Of a DNA stretch of 37,962 nucleotides, positions 26,669 through 36,196 are shown one piece after another. Under the pieces are notes generated by a model. It saw only the letters and a list, made by a program, of their open reading frames with translations, ran no database searches and had not been told where the DNA came from. The translations under genes were made by a program, and so were the position numbers. The DNA comes from Gammaproteobacteria bacterium. GTDB taxonomy: Bacteria; Pseudomonadota; Gammaproteobacteria; S012-40. The stretch is taken from the NCBI GenBank assembly GCA_031416175.1, contig JANOTC010000277.1:1-37962 (forward strand), in the 5' to 3' direction. How positions within the stretch are numbered: the first letter of the stretch is position 1; the number at the start of each line of letters is the position of its first letter.

Positions 26669-29600
26669 CTAACAACCCGCCGGTTTGGGGACGCGCTGGC
26701 AGAAAAGATCTTGCGTATAGGCGAGGACATCGCGCGCCTCTTTATTGGCAGTCACAAAGTCAGGAATGCCTTGCACGTCAAGCATCGGCGGCATATTTGT
26801 ACCGGGTTGACCAAATCGCGCCTTATGGAAAAACTCCGTGGCCTCGTTTTTAGCTACGTCGAGAATATCTAGTTTCGCTGTAGTGCCAGGTGGACTCGTT
26901 ACGCCGTCGGCACCGTGACAGGATGCGCAATTGACGGAGGTGTGTTTGGCGCCACTGTATATGGCTCCACCGTTTAGGATAGACGCGGGCATGTCAGCCG
27001 TGACGATGCCGCCAAGATTGGAAATGTAAGTGGTGGTGTCGATGATGCCGTAGGTTAAGAAATAGGCTAAGTCCCAAACGTCAGCGTCGACTAAGGGTTT
27101 GACTATGCCAGCTTGCGCCACGCCAAAACTATGTTGACCTCCGCGTCCCAATTTAATCCACGTAAAGAGATATACCGCTAGCTCGTCGTCATTGGCGAAA
27201 AAACCCGTGTCTAGGTAGCGAGCGCGTAAACTTACTAAGTTATCTTTAGAAATTACGCTCCCGGCGGCGCGAAGAAAGCCGACACCCCGATAATTCCAAT
27301 CATGGCAAGTCACGCAGCGCCAAGTCGTTGAAATCGGACTGCCCGCCGGGACGTTGGGCACGCTCGTGTCCCGCGTCGCCCACATTGGATTGGCCGCAGT
27401 AGGCTCTTTGACGGCCGGGTCATCTTTACCCGCTTGTTCCCACCAATTATCAAAAAGGCGGCCACCTCGGGTCAGACTGACCGATGTCGTCAAGGCTGGC
27501 AAAGTCGCGGCATACGCGCGGGTATTGCCTGCTTCAAGCAGCGAAAGTCCGGCGAATTTACCTGCCGCTGGAATCATTGTCGACCCGGGGTCACCGAAAC
27601 GCGCTTTGTGGATAAACTCGGGCGGATTAACTGTTGCGAGCAATGCGATATTGGCGGCGTTTTGCTTGCCGTTGGCGCCGTGGCATTCTTTGCAGTTTCC
27701 AGGTGTTAATTCTGTGTAAAGAGTTTGGCCTGCGGTTGTGTTAGTGGCGGCAAGGCCATTCGTAACATCAATTACGCCGTCGACGTTATCCACTACGAAG
27801 GCGGCGAGGTCTTTGACATCGCGTTCTGTGAGTAGGTTGGTACCTGCGAATGCGTGGTTGGTGCCGGATCGAATAAAGTCCTCGACCAAGATTTTAGTGG
27901 TGCGTGTTCGAGTCAATATGCCGGGAAAGCCTGTCTTATGGTCGCCCAATCCATAGGCGCCATCTTTACCCTTGTAGTCCCAGCCATGGCATTCCTTACA
28001 GCGCCAACTGTCTGCACCACTTCGCGCGTTGTCAAACACGGTGCCTGTCTTAGAGCGTGTCGCCCAGCGTACTTGATCTGTAGTAGGGGGTGGCGCGTTA
28101 GCCTCTTTCCACCACTTGTCATAAAGGCGCCCGCCACGCTTAATGTTAGGCACTAGCCCTACTTGCGCATGCGCTAAGATATCGGCAGCTTTGGCCACCG
28201 TTGTACCTAGATCTGCAACACTAGTGATAAGGGTTGGCATGGATGGACTACTGCCCGGTTGACCATACAACACTTTGTGCATAAATTCCCAGGGATTGAC
28301 ATTTGCGACGGTATCAACGAACTCGTCTTCGCCTGTTCCCTTGGCGCCATCCGCAAAATCAATTCCTTTTCCGTCCAGATTGTGGCAGCCAGACCCCGTC
28401 CCGCATGTCGGGCCAAACAGAGTGCTACCATTCGTTATCGAAGTACCAATCGTTGTGCCGCTTATGTCGTCGATGAAGTGGAAGGGCGCCTTATCGGCTC
28501 TATGCAGATCGCGCTGCGACATAACAAAGCGGGTGAGACCGTAAATATCGATGTCGCTAAGGAGCTTGCCGAATGCGTGGTTAGACCCTGTTTTTATGTA
28601 GTTGAAAACATCCGCCGCCGTGGTGAATTTAACGGCCGTCGAGTTGGTCGGAATAATCCCGCGGATACCGGAGAAATTGCTGCCGTCTTTGAACACACCA
28701 TCGGCGCCCCGATAGTCCCAGCCATGACACTTGCTGCATCGCCAGGTTGAGGGGAGTGTCACTTCGCTATTCGCGTTAACGGGCCACAGCGGGTGCCTTG
28801 ACGCCGGTGCCGCTTTCGGTGGTGACGTAGCTTCCCACCATTTGTCATAAAGAAGGCCACCACGAACGAGATCGCCTACGATTTTGGTCGCGTCATTGTA
28901 AAGCGCCTCGCTAAATGTGCCTGTTGTTATCCCAGGATCGGTAACCGTTCCCGCCTTAAGTGTCTTGGCGTAGGCAAGAATGTTTTTCGCGTCAATGAGC
29001 GTCGGGCCACCTGGCATGCTAGTGTGTGCGTTGCCGAAACGGACTTTATGTATAAATTTGGCTGGCTGCTCGGCTGCGACTAGGAGTAGCGCATTACGGT
29101 TAGCTACAATTCTATGACAGGCAGAAGCCTCACAACCCTTATGCCCGTCTGCTACATAATTGAATGTCGTGTATTTTATTCTGCCAAGCTCCTTGTCACC
29201 ATTGCCAAGATTGTCAACTCTAAGCTCTTCTTTGGTTAGGAACGCGGTTAATTCGTAGACCTGTTGGACCTCTAACAACTTGTAAAACTGATGCTGCTTA
29301 TTTTGGCCATCAATGACTGCAGTACCGTTCAAGATAAATTCAAAGACTTGTTTAGGTGTTTTATCCGCCAACATGCTAGCCATGGAGCCCGTTCTAATGG
29401 GAGCTATTTCGCTGTCCGCATAATTCCAGCCGTGGCAGGAGGAACATCGCCAGTCGTCACCGTTCCTCACATTGGTGCTCCCGGACGCCTTAATCATGGG
29501 ATTGCTGAAACCGGGTGGCGCGGCTCCTTTGGCCCACCATTTGTCGTAAATGTTCCCGCCTAAGACGGGATCCGCCGCCTCGTAGAGGGCCTCAACAAAT

Positions 29601-29740
29601 TTAGGCAATTTGACGGTGGTGGTGCCGCCACCCCCGGGCTGACCTGAACACCCGCCGAGTAATATCGTAGTAGTGAATACGGCCCCAGCGAGCGCCAAGA
29701 ATCGCACAAATGCTTTAATCCACATTAGACCGACATCCAC
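26669..29740 (-). CDS. Lipoprotein multihaem c-type cytochrome with four tandem di-haem modules (1023 aa)
   Basis: The lipobox is ILLGG-C31-S. Haem motifs on the minus strand are CSSCH 29432-29446, CEASACH 29114-29134, CSKCH 28724-28738, CGTGSGCH 28382-28405, CKECH 27986-28000, CKECH 27680-27694, CVTCH 27302-27316 and CASCH 26915-26929. The motifs GGxLYDKWW, WRCxxCHGW[DN]Y and F[IMF]HK[AV]xFG...MP each recur four times. The start is GTG 29740 (GGAG 11 nt upstream) or ATG 29725. Confidence 0.85.
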   Translation of the reverse strand: MDVGLMWIKAFVRFLALAGAVFTTTILLGGCSGQPGGGGTTTVKLPKFVEALYEAADPVLGGNIYDKWWAKGAAPPGFSNPMIKASGSTNVRNGDDWRCSSCHGWNYADSEIAPIRTGSMASMLADKTPKQVFEFILNGTAVIDGQNKQHQFYKLLEVQQVYELTAFLTKEELRVDNLGNGDKELGRIKYTTFNYVADGHKGCEASACHRIVANRNALLLVAAEQPAKFIHKVRFGNAHTSMPGGPTLIDAKNILAYAKTLKAGTVTDPGITTGTFSEALYNDATKIVGDLVRGGLLYDKWWEATSPPKAAPASRHPLWPVNANSEVTLPSTWRCSKCHGWDYRGADGVFKDGSNFSGIRGIIPTNSTAVKFTTAADVFNYIKTGSNHAFGKLLSDIDIYGLTRFVMSQRDLHRADKAPFHFIDDISGTTIGTSITNGSTLFGPTCGTGSGCHNLDGKGIDFADGAKGTGEDEFVDTVANVNPWEFMHKVLYGQPGSSPSMPTLITSVADLGTTVAKAADILAHAQVGLVPNIKRGGRLYDKWWKEANAPPPTTDQVRWATRSKTGTVFDNARSGADSWRCKECHGWDYKGKDGAYGLGDHKTGFPGILTRTRTTKILVEDFIRSGTNHAFAGTNLLTERDVKDLAAFVVDNVDGVIDVTNGLAATNTTAGQTLYTELTPGNCKECHGANGKQNAANIALLATVNPPEFIHKARFGDPGSTMIPAAGKFAGLSLLEAGNTRAYAATLPALTTSVSLTRGGRLFDNWWEQAGKDDPAVKEPTAANPMWATRDTSVPNVPAGSPISTTWRCVTCHDWNYRGVGFLRAAGSVISKDNLVSLRARYLDTGFFANDDELAVYLFTWIKLGRGGQHSFGVAQAGIVKPLVDADVWDLAYFLTYGIIDTTTYISNLGGIVTADMPASILNGGAIYSGAKHTSVNCASCHGADGVTSPPGTTAKLDILDVAKNEATEFFHKARFGQPGTNMPPMLDVQGIPDFVTANKEARDVLAYTQDLFCQRVPKPAGC

Positions 29741-30094
29741 ATTAATATAGACTCCGCAGCGCTACACTGACCACATGATGTAAAAACATATTATAAAAAA
29801 GGGTGTATGGCTGATTTTGGTTAATAGGGCATTTTGGCTGCTACTCTCCGAGTTAGAGTGCAGACGCTCCTATTTGTTTTATACGGCGTTGGCCGAAAAA
29901 TCTTGAATAACAGGTGACGATTATATATGATTACGCCGCTTTCATCTGAGAGTGAAGGTCGTGTTGGCTGTCCCGAGGGTCTATGCATGTTAGCGGTGGA
30001 TAGGGTTTTTACATGAAGTCCGCATGACGTTTGGAGCGCCCCTGCTCTGGACTGTGTAGCCGCAGACCTATCGGGAATGTGCAAAATAAAGAAT

Positions 30095-30128
30095 GAAAAA
30101 AGTGGGCCCATGGCCCATTTTTGTTTTT
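30095..30128 (+). terminator. Canonical (bidirectional-looking) intrinsic terminator 15 nt upstream of the rimP start
   Basis: An A-tract (30095-30101) precedes the stem tgggcc (30103-30108) / ggccca (30112-30117) with a 3-nt loop. It is followed by TTTTTGTTTTT (30118-30128). Confidence 0.65.
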
Positions 30129-30143
30129 ACGGATTTGGAGTGA

Positions 30144-30605
30144 ATGAGTAAACAGGACACGTTGCGTACTTTGCTTGAACCAGCAGTGGTGGGGCTGGGC
30201 TATGAGTTGGTGGGCATCGAATTCCTATCCCGCGGTAAGTTTTCTTCGCTATTGCGGATTTACATTGATCACCCCGACGGTGTCGGCGTAGACGATTGTG
30301 AAGCCGTTAGTCGCCAAGTTAGTGCGATTCTGGACGTAGAAGACACAGTCCAGGGTCGGTATTCCCTTGAGATTTCGTCGCCAGGGTTGGATCGACCCTT
30401 GTTTTCCCTGGCTCATTTTGAGCGGTTTGTGGGGCGCGACATCGCTTTGCGTATGCAATCACCCATCAACGGTCGGCGCAATTTCACAGGTACGTTGCGC
30501 GGCGTAGAAAATGGAAATATTTTGCTGGAGGTGAGTGGCGAGGTATTGGTTTTGTCTTGGGATTTGATTGAAAAAGCGAACTTGGTTCCGGATATTCAAT
30601 TTTAG
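30144..30605 (+). CDS. rimP: Ribosome maturation factor RimP
   Basis: 153 aa. [18 protein letters not shown]... is present, GGAG lies upstream, and it sits immediately before nusA. Confidence 0.9.
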   Translation: MSKQDTLRTLLEPAVVGLGYELVGIEFLSRGKFSSLLRIYIDHPDGVGVDDCEAVSRQVSAILDVEDTVQGRYSLEISSPGLDRPLFSLAHFERFVGRDIALRMQSPINGRRNFTGTLRGVENGNILLEVSGEVLVLSWDLIEKANLVPDIQF

Positions 30606-30624
30606 CCCGTCGGAGGCAGTGGGA

Positions 30625-32121
30625 ATGAGTAAGGAAGTTCTGCTAGTTGTCGATGCCGTTTCTAACGAAAAGGGTGTTGCCAAAGACGTTATATTTGAAG
30701 CGTTGGAAATCGCTTTGGCAACCGCCACCCGCAAGAAGCATGGTGGCGATATTGATGTGCGTGTAGCAATTGACCGCGCAAGTGGCAACTACGAAAGCTT
30801 TCGCCGCTGGCTGGTAGTGGACGACGAAGACCCAACCTTTGAGTCATCTGATCGCCAAATGTTGTTGATGCGTGCGCAGTCGTTGAAACCGGAAATTAAG
30901 CCGGGCGAGTTTATTGAGGAATCAATTGAGTCCGCCGACTTTGGCCGTATTGCTGCGCAAACCGCCAAACAAGTTATCGTGCAGAAAGTGCGCGAGGCGG
31001 AACGCGCGCAAATTGTCGATGCATTTAAGAATAAGCAAGGTCAGTTAGTGACCGGCGTCGTCAAGCGTGTTGAGAAAGGTAATATTTTCATCGACTTAGG
31101 CGGAAATGCTGAAGCGGTGATCATGCGCGAAGATCTAATTCCGCGCGAATCCATGCGACCGGGCGACCGTGTGCGCGGATATCTGAGCGAAGTGCGCAGT
31201 GAACCGCGTGGACCCCAGTTGTTTATAAGCCGTGTAGCGCCGGAATTGCTCATTGAGTTATTCCGTTTAGAAGTACCGGAAGTCGGTGAAGGCTTAATTC
31301 AGATTTACGGTGCGGCGCGTGATCCTGGCTTGCGGGCGAAAATCGCGGTGCGAGCGATGGATGCGCGTATTGATCCTATCGGCGCCTGTGTTGGGATGCG
31401 CGGTTCGCGGGTTCAAGCGGTATCAAATGAATTGGGCGGCGAGCGTGTAGATATTGTGCCGTGGGATGAAAACCCTGCACAATTTGTTATTAACGCAATG
31501 CAGCCAGCCGTTGTGCTCTCGATTGTGGTCAATGAAGACACCAAGAGTATGGAAGTGGCGGTAGCGGAAGACCAACTATCCCAAGCAATTGGGCGTGGTG
31601 GTCAGAACGTTCGTCTCGCTTCCGAACTGACGGGTTGGGAATTGAATGTAATGTCTGAGCAGCAAGCAGCGGCGAAGAGTCAAGTTGAGTCCAACTCAAT
31701 CAAGCATATGTTTATGCAAGATTTGGATGTGGACGAAGATGTGGCAGGCATTCTGGTTGAAGAAGGTTTCTCAAGCATTGAGGAAGTGGCCTATGTGCCG
31801 GTTCAAGAAATGTTGGAAATCGAATCCTTTGACGAGGGCATTGTCGAGGAGCTAAGAAGGCGTGCGCGCGATTTTCTGCTTACCAAGGCTATCGCGCATG
31901 AAGAGCACGATTCGACTCCAGCAGGAGACGATTTAATCCATATGGAAGGAATGACACCCGAATTGGCTAAGCAAATGGCCGAACACGGTGTCACGACGAT
32001 GGAAGAGCTGGCGGAACAGTCGGTCGACGAACTGGTCGAGCAACTTTCCATTGACGAAAAACTTGCAGCTACCTTGATCATGACGGCCCGAAAGCCGTGG
32101 TTCGAAAGCGCAGGGCAATAA
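30625..32121 (+). CDS. nusA: Transcription termination/antitermination factor NusA
   Basis: The start is at ATG 30625 ([18 protein letters not shown]...), not the ORF-track 30568. It has the S1 and KH layout and acidic C-terminal HhH repeats. Confidence 0.95.
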   Translation: MSKEVLLVVDAVSNEKGVAKDVIFEALEIALATATRKKHGGDIDVRVAIDRASGNYESFRRWLVVDDEDPTFESSDRQMLLMRAQSLKPEIKPGEFIEESIESADFGRIAAQTAKQVIVQKVREAERAQIVDAFKNKQGQLVTGVVKRVEKGNIFIDLGGNAEAVIMREDLIPRESMRPGDRVRGYLSEVRSEPRGPQLFISRVAPELLIELFRLEVPEVGEGLIQIYGAARDPGLRAKIAVRAMDARIDPIGACVGMRGSRVQAVSNELGGERVDIVPWDENPAQFVINAMQPAVVLSIVVNEDTKSMEVAVAEDQLSQAIGRGGQNVRLASELTGWELNVMSEQQAAAKSQVESNSIKHMFMQDLDVDEDVAGILVEEGFSSIEEVAYVPVQEMLEIESFDEGIVEELRRRARDFLLTKAIAHEEHDSTPAGDDLIHMEGMTPELAKQMAEHGVTTMEELAEQSVDELVEQLSIDEKLAATLIMTARKPWFESAGQ

Positions 32122-32142
32122 GGGCAATCAGGCGAGGGCGTT

Positions 32143-34731
32143 ATGTCTGAGGTGACAGTAAAACAATTTGCAGAAGTCGTAGGTATTCCTGTCGACCGTC
32201 TGTTGGCGCAGCTCGGCGAAGCGGGGCTGGCCGTTAAGAAAGCGGACGAGACGATATCGGACGACGAGAAAATGCAATTGCTAGGATATCTGCGAGGTCG
32301 TCGCGGTGAAGCCGATGCGCCTTCGTCAGAGCCGCGCCGGATTACGCTCACGCGAAAGTCCGTTAGCGAAATTAAACTTCCGCCGGTGCAAACGCGGCCA
32401 GGGCAATTGAAGGCTCCGGTGCGAACGGTGAGCGTGGAAGTGCGTAAAAGCCGTACTTACGTAAAGCGAGAAGAGCCGAACGTGGGCGCGCCTGAAGCGG
32501 AAGTGGATCGCTCGCAAGTGGAAGCGGAACGTATCGCCGAAGAGTTGCGTCGTCAAGCTGAAGTGGAAGCGCTGCGACTGGCGGAGGAAGAAGCCCGTAA
32601 ACGCGAGGAAGAAGCGCGTAAAGCCGCGGAAACCTTGAAGACGGAAACCGAAGCGCGGCAACGTGAAGAAGAAACGCGTCGGCGACCACCCAGTGTCGTT
32701 GTATCGAAAGCCCCTGAAGTCGCGGTCGTGCCTGAGCCAGCGGTGGTCGGTGCTAATCGAGATGAGAAAGCGGGCAAGAAGAGCAAGAAACGTAAGGAGC
32801 GTGGCGGCACGCCGACGAACGAACCCGAGGCAGAGCGTGATCGCGCTGCGCGGTACGGTCGAGCTGAATTGCACATATCTAAAGACAGCGCGTCGCGGCG
32901 ACCTCACAAAAAGAGTCGAGGCGTACCACAACAAGCAATTAAGCAGCATGGCTTCGCACGCCCTGTGGGGCCGGTAGTGAAAGAAGTCAGCATTCCCGAA
33001 ACCATCACCGTCGCTGAATTGGCGTCACGTATGTCAGTGAAGGCGGCTGAGGTCATCAAAACGATGATGAAGATGGGGACCTTGGTGACCATCAATCAGG
33101 TGATCGACCAAGAAACAGCCAGCATTGTTGTGGCCGAAATGGGTCATACACCTAAGCTAACGCGTGAAGATGCGTTGGAAGATGAGCTGACCAAGGCCGG
33201 TGCACATGAAGGCGAGAAAATGTCTCGCTCGCCTGTGGTGACTGTCATGGGTCACGTCGACCACGGTAAGACATCGTTGCTTGACTACATTCGTCGCGCC
33301 AAAGTGGCGGTGGGTGAAGCCGGTGGTATTACGCAGCATATTGGTGCCTATCACGTCGAAACCGAGAAGGGTTCTATTACATTCTTGGATACGCCGGGCC
33401 ACGAAGCGTTTACAGCGATGCGTGCGCGTGGAGCCAAGGCGACCGACTTGGTCGTGCTGGTGGTCGCTGCCGATGACGGCGTCATGCCACAGACCAAGGA
33501 AGCTATCGTTCATGCGCGAGCCGGTAATGTGCCGATCATTGTCGCCTTGAATAAGATTGATAAGCCTGAAGCAGATCCAGAGCGTGTTAAAAACGAATTG
33601 GTGACGCACGGCGTGGTGCCTGAAGAGTGGGGCGGCGATTGTATGTTCGTGCCGGTATCCGCTAAAACGGGTAAAGGCGTAGACGATTTGCTTGATGCCA
33701 TTCTGTTGCTGTCCGAAGTGTTAGAGCTTAAGGCAGTACGCGAAGCGCCTGCGCGTGGTGTTGTTATCGAATCTCGCTTAGATAAAGGGCGTGGTCCAAT
33801 CGCTACCGTGTTGGTTCAGCATGGCACCTTGCGTCGTGGTGACATCATTTTGGCGGGTCAAGAATTCGGTCGCGTTCGCGCCATGCTTAATGAGGCAGGA
33901 AAGCCTGTTAATGAAGCAGGGCCGTCTACGCCAGTTGAAATTCTAGGTCTGTCTGCCGCGCCTAAGGCCGGTGAAGAGGCTGTTGTGGTGCCGGATGAAC
34001 GTAAAGCGCGTGAAATTGCATTGTTCCGACAAGGCAAATTCCGTGATGTCAAGTTGGCTCGGCAGCAGTCGGCGAAGCTCGAAAACATCTTCTTGCAAAT
34101 GGAAGACGGCAAGGTGGCGACCGTCAATATCGTGCTCAAAGCCGATGTGCAGGGTTCTTTGGAAGCCTTGTCTGACTCGCTCACCAAGTTGTCGACACCT
34201 GAAGTACGCGTCAAAATTATTGCGGGCGGCGTTGGGGGTATTACCGAATCCGACGCGAACTTGGCCGTTGCGTCAAGTGCGATCGTCATTGGATTTAACG
34301 TGCGGGCGGATTCCGCTGCGCGTCGATTGATCGAGGAAGAAGGCATTGATCTGCATTATTACAGCGTAATTTACGATGTGATTGATGAGGTTAAGTCCGC
34401 GATGACGGGCATGCTGAAGCCGGAATTCAAAGAAATCATTGTCGGATTGGCGCAAGTGCGCGACGTGTTCCGTTCGCCGAAATTTGGTGCTGTGGCGGGT
34501 TGTATGGTCATCGAAGGTACGGTCAAACGTAATAACTCAATTCGCGTTCTGCGCGATAACGTTGTGATTTATGTGGGCGAACTCGAATCCTTGCGTCGCT
34601 TCAAAGACGACGTTTCCGAAGTTAAGAATGGCGTGGAATGCGGTATCGCCGTGAAGAACTACAATGATGTTCAAGTCGGCGACCAAATTGAAGTGTACGA
34701 GCGGCAACAGGTTAAGCGGCAGATTCAATGA
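32143..34731 (+). CDS. infB: Translation initiation factor IF-2
   Basis: G-domain motifs [22 protein letters not shown] and NKIDK are present. The N-terminal region is charged and low-complexity. Confidence 0.95.
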   Translation: MSEVTVKQFAEVVGIPVDRLLAQLGEAGLAVKKADETISDDEKMQLLGYLRGRRGEADAPSSEPRRITLTRKSVSEIKLPPVQTRPGQLKAPVRTVSVEVRKSRTYVKREEPNVGAPEAEVDRSQVEAERIAEELRRQAEVEALRLAEEEARKREEEARKAAETLKTETEARQREEETRRRPPSVVVSKAPEVAVVPEPAVVGANRDEKAGKKSKKRKERGGTPTNEPEAERDRAARYGRAELHISKDSASRRPHKKSRGVPQQAIKQHGFARPVGPVVKEVSIPETITVAELASRMSVKAAEVIKTMMKMGTLVTINQVIDQETASIVVAEMGHTPKLTREDALEDELTKAGAHEGEKMSRSPVVTVMGHVDHGKTSLLDYIRRAKVAVGEAGGITQHIGAYHVETEKGSITFLDTPGHEAFTAMRARGAKATDLVVLVVAADDGVMPQTKEAIVHARAGNVPIIVALNKIDKPEADPERVKNELVTHGVVPEEWGGDCMFVPVSAKTGKGVDDLLDAILLLSEVLELKAVREAPARGVVIESRLDKGRGPIATVLVQHGTLRRGDIILAGQEFGRVRAMLNEAGKPVNEAGPSTPVEILGLSAAPKAGEEAVVVPDERKAREIALFRQGKFRDVKLARQQSAKLENIFLQMEDGKVATVNIVLKADVQGSLEALSDSLTKLSTPEVRVKIIAGGVGGITESDANLAVASSAIVIGFNVRADSAARRLIEEEGIDLHYYSVIYDVIDEVKSAMTGMLKPEFKEIIVGLAQVRDVFRSPKFGAVAGCMVIEGTVKRNNSIRVLRDNVVIYVGELESLRRFKDDVSEVKNGVECGIAVKNYNDVQVGDQIEVYERQQVKRQIQ
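32584..32625 (+). repeat. 21-bp tandem duplication (19/21 identical) in the infB N-terminal linker
   Basis: gaggaagaagcccgtaaacgc is followed directly by gaggaagaagcgcgtaaagcc, encoding [12 protein letters not shown]. Confidence 0.8.
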
Positions 34732-35129
34732 CAGAAGCGGGTGGTCGCGCTCGCCGAGTTGGTGAGCAGCTCCAACGAGAGCTGGCGGGTTTGATTCAGC
34801 GGGAACTTAATGACCCGCGCGTGCAGTGGGTGACCGTTTCGGCAGTTAAGGTTGCGCGAGATTTCGCGCATGCCAAGGTCTATGTGACGGTGCTTAATGA
34901 GAGCGAGCGTTTAGCGCCCGCACTGGCAGCACTTGAACATGCGGCGGGTTTCTTGCGGCACGAACTTGGACGGCGCATGCGAATGCGGGTGATTCCGCAA
35001 TTGCATTTCGTTTACGACGAATCGGTCGAACGCGGTACGCGCTTGTCGAAATTGATCGACGATGCAGTCGCGCTGGGTCCAAATCGTGGCGCGAAGTCGG
35101 CTGACGGCGACAATGAGGTTGAGGGGTAG
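34728..35129 (+). CDS. rbfA: Ribosome-binding factor A
   Basis: [23 protein letters not shown] is present. There is an ATGA overlap with the infB stop. Confidence 0.9.
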   Translation: MTEAGGRARRVGEQLQRELAGLIQRELNDPRVQWVTVSAVKVARDFAHAKVYVTVLNESERLAPALAALEHAAGFLRHELGRRMRMRVIPQLHFVYDESVERGTRLSKLIDDAVALGPNRGAKSADGDNEVEG

Positions 35130-35135
35130 TCTTAG

Positions 35136-36056
35136 GTGTCACGTCGACAACGGCTTCGAGGGCGGGATGTCAATGGCATCCTGTTGTTAGATAAGCCTAT
35201 TGGAATCAGTTCGAACGGCGCATTACAGGTGGTCAAACACCTATTGGATGCCCAAAAAGCGGGTCATACTGGCAGTTTGGACCCATTGGCGAGTGGCCTT
35301 TTGCCAATTTGCTTAGGTGAGGCGACGAAAATGTCGGCTTATTTGCTTAATGCCGATAAGCACTATTGGACTGAGTGTAAACTTGGACAAGTTACAAATA
35401 CGGGTGACGCTGAAGGCGAAATGATTGCCACGCAGCCGGTGCCAGTTTTTACGGAAGAAGCGGTGAATGCCGTGTTGGCGAGCTTCGTAGGCGAAATTGA
35501 TCAAATTCCGCCTATGCATTCTGCCATTAAGCAAAATGGCCAGCCTTTATACAAACTCGCTCACCAGGGCATTGTGGTTGAACGGGCAGCCCGTCGAGTG
35601 GAGATTTTTTCGATTCACTTGGTCGAGCTTTCCGGTGATCGTTTAGCGTTTGAAGTGCATTGTTCGAAAGGAACCTATGTTCGAACCTTGGCCGAAGACA
35701 TAGGTGCTAAGCTAGGCTGTGGTGCGCATGTGAGTGGGCTGCGCCGTTTGCAAGTGGCCACCTTTGACATTGACGATGCAGTCGGGCTGGATGAATTGCG
35801 AGATTTGGTTGATCAGCAAGGACCGCAAGTAGCCGATACTATGCTGCTGCCAGCCGACTACGCGCTAAATAGTTGGCCGCAGATGAATTTGTCGGAAGAT
35901 GTCGCCTTTTATCTTAAACAGGGTCAACCCGTGCTAGTTCCAAAGTCGCCCACGGCGGGATTGGTGCGTTTGTATCATCATGGCCAGTTTATTGGTGTAG
36001 GCGAAATTCTCGACGACGGGCGTGTTGCGCCAAGGCGGCTGGTACGAGAGAACTGA
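35136..36056 (+). CDS. truB: tRNA pseudouridine(55) synthase
   Basis: It has a GTG start. GILLLDKPIGISSN and the catalytic-Asp context GHTGSLDPLASGLLPICLGEATK are present. Confidence 0.92.
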   Translation: MSRRQRLRGRDVNGILLLDKPIGISSNGALQVVKHLLDAQKAGHTGSLDPLASGLLPICLGEATKMSAYLLNADKHYWTECKLGQVTNTGDAEGEMIATQPVPVFTEEAVNAVLASFVGEIDQIPPMHSAIKQNGQPLYKLAHQGIVVERAARRVEIFSIHLVELSGDRLAFEVHCSKGTYVRTLAEDIGAKLGCGAHVSGLRRLQVATFDIDDAVGLDELRDLVDQQGPQVADTMLLPADYALNSWPQMNLSEDVAFYLKQGQPVLVPKSPTAGLVRLYHHGQFIGVGEILDDGRVAPRRLVREN

Positions 36057-36126
36057 TTTTCGACTGATTGACGTAAATATAAGTGGTCTATTCACGACGT
36101 AAGTCCGTGTTTCGGCCACTCGCTAC

Positions 36127-36155
36127 TTGTTCCTTGTGGTCTGTCCGTTTAATAT
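36127..36155 (+). promoter_or_regulatory. Candidate sigma70 promoter for rpsO
   Basis: TTGTTC (36127-36132), a 17-nt spacer, then TAATAT (36150-36155), ~40 nt before the rpsO ATG. Confidence 0.35.
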
Positions 36156-36196
36156 ACGCGCAGAAATTTTCTTGGGTGTTGGACTAGGAGTTATAG

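Noticed and set aside
29800-30100. Search for an initiator tRNA-Met (metY) or other tRNA upstream of rimP
   Set aside because: I could find no acceptor/T-arm pairing, no GGTTCGAATCC-like T-loop and no CAT anticodon loop context on either strand. I also compared it with the 6S RNA and Rsm-type (multiple ANGGA loops) patterns and saw no convincing match.
29821-30111. 96-aa minus-strand ORF in the cytochrome/rimP spacer
   Set aside because: There is no Shine-Dalgarno before its ATG, and the ATG sits inside the terminator stem. The composition is Arg/Ser/Thr-rich and random-looking, with no recognisable motif. It is better explained as non-coding leader DNA.
31803-32949. Antisense ORFs of 182 and 207 aa (and nested 105-107-aa ORFs) across the nusA 3' end and infB 5' region
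   Set aside because: The infB N-terminal linker is purine-rich, low-complexity DNA (GAA/GCG repeats) that stays open in several frames. The translations are Arg/Ser/Phe-rich nonsense.
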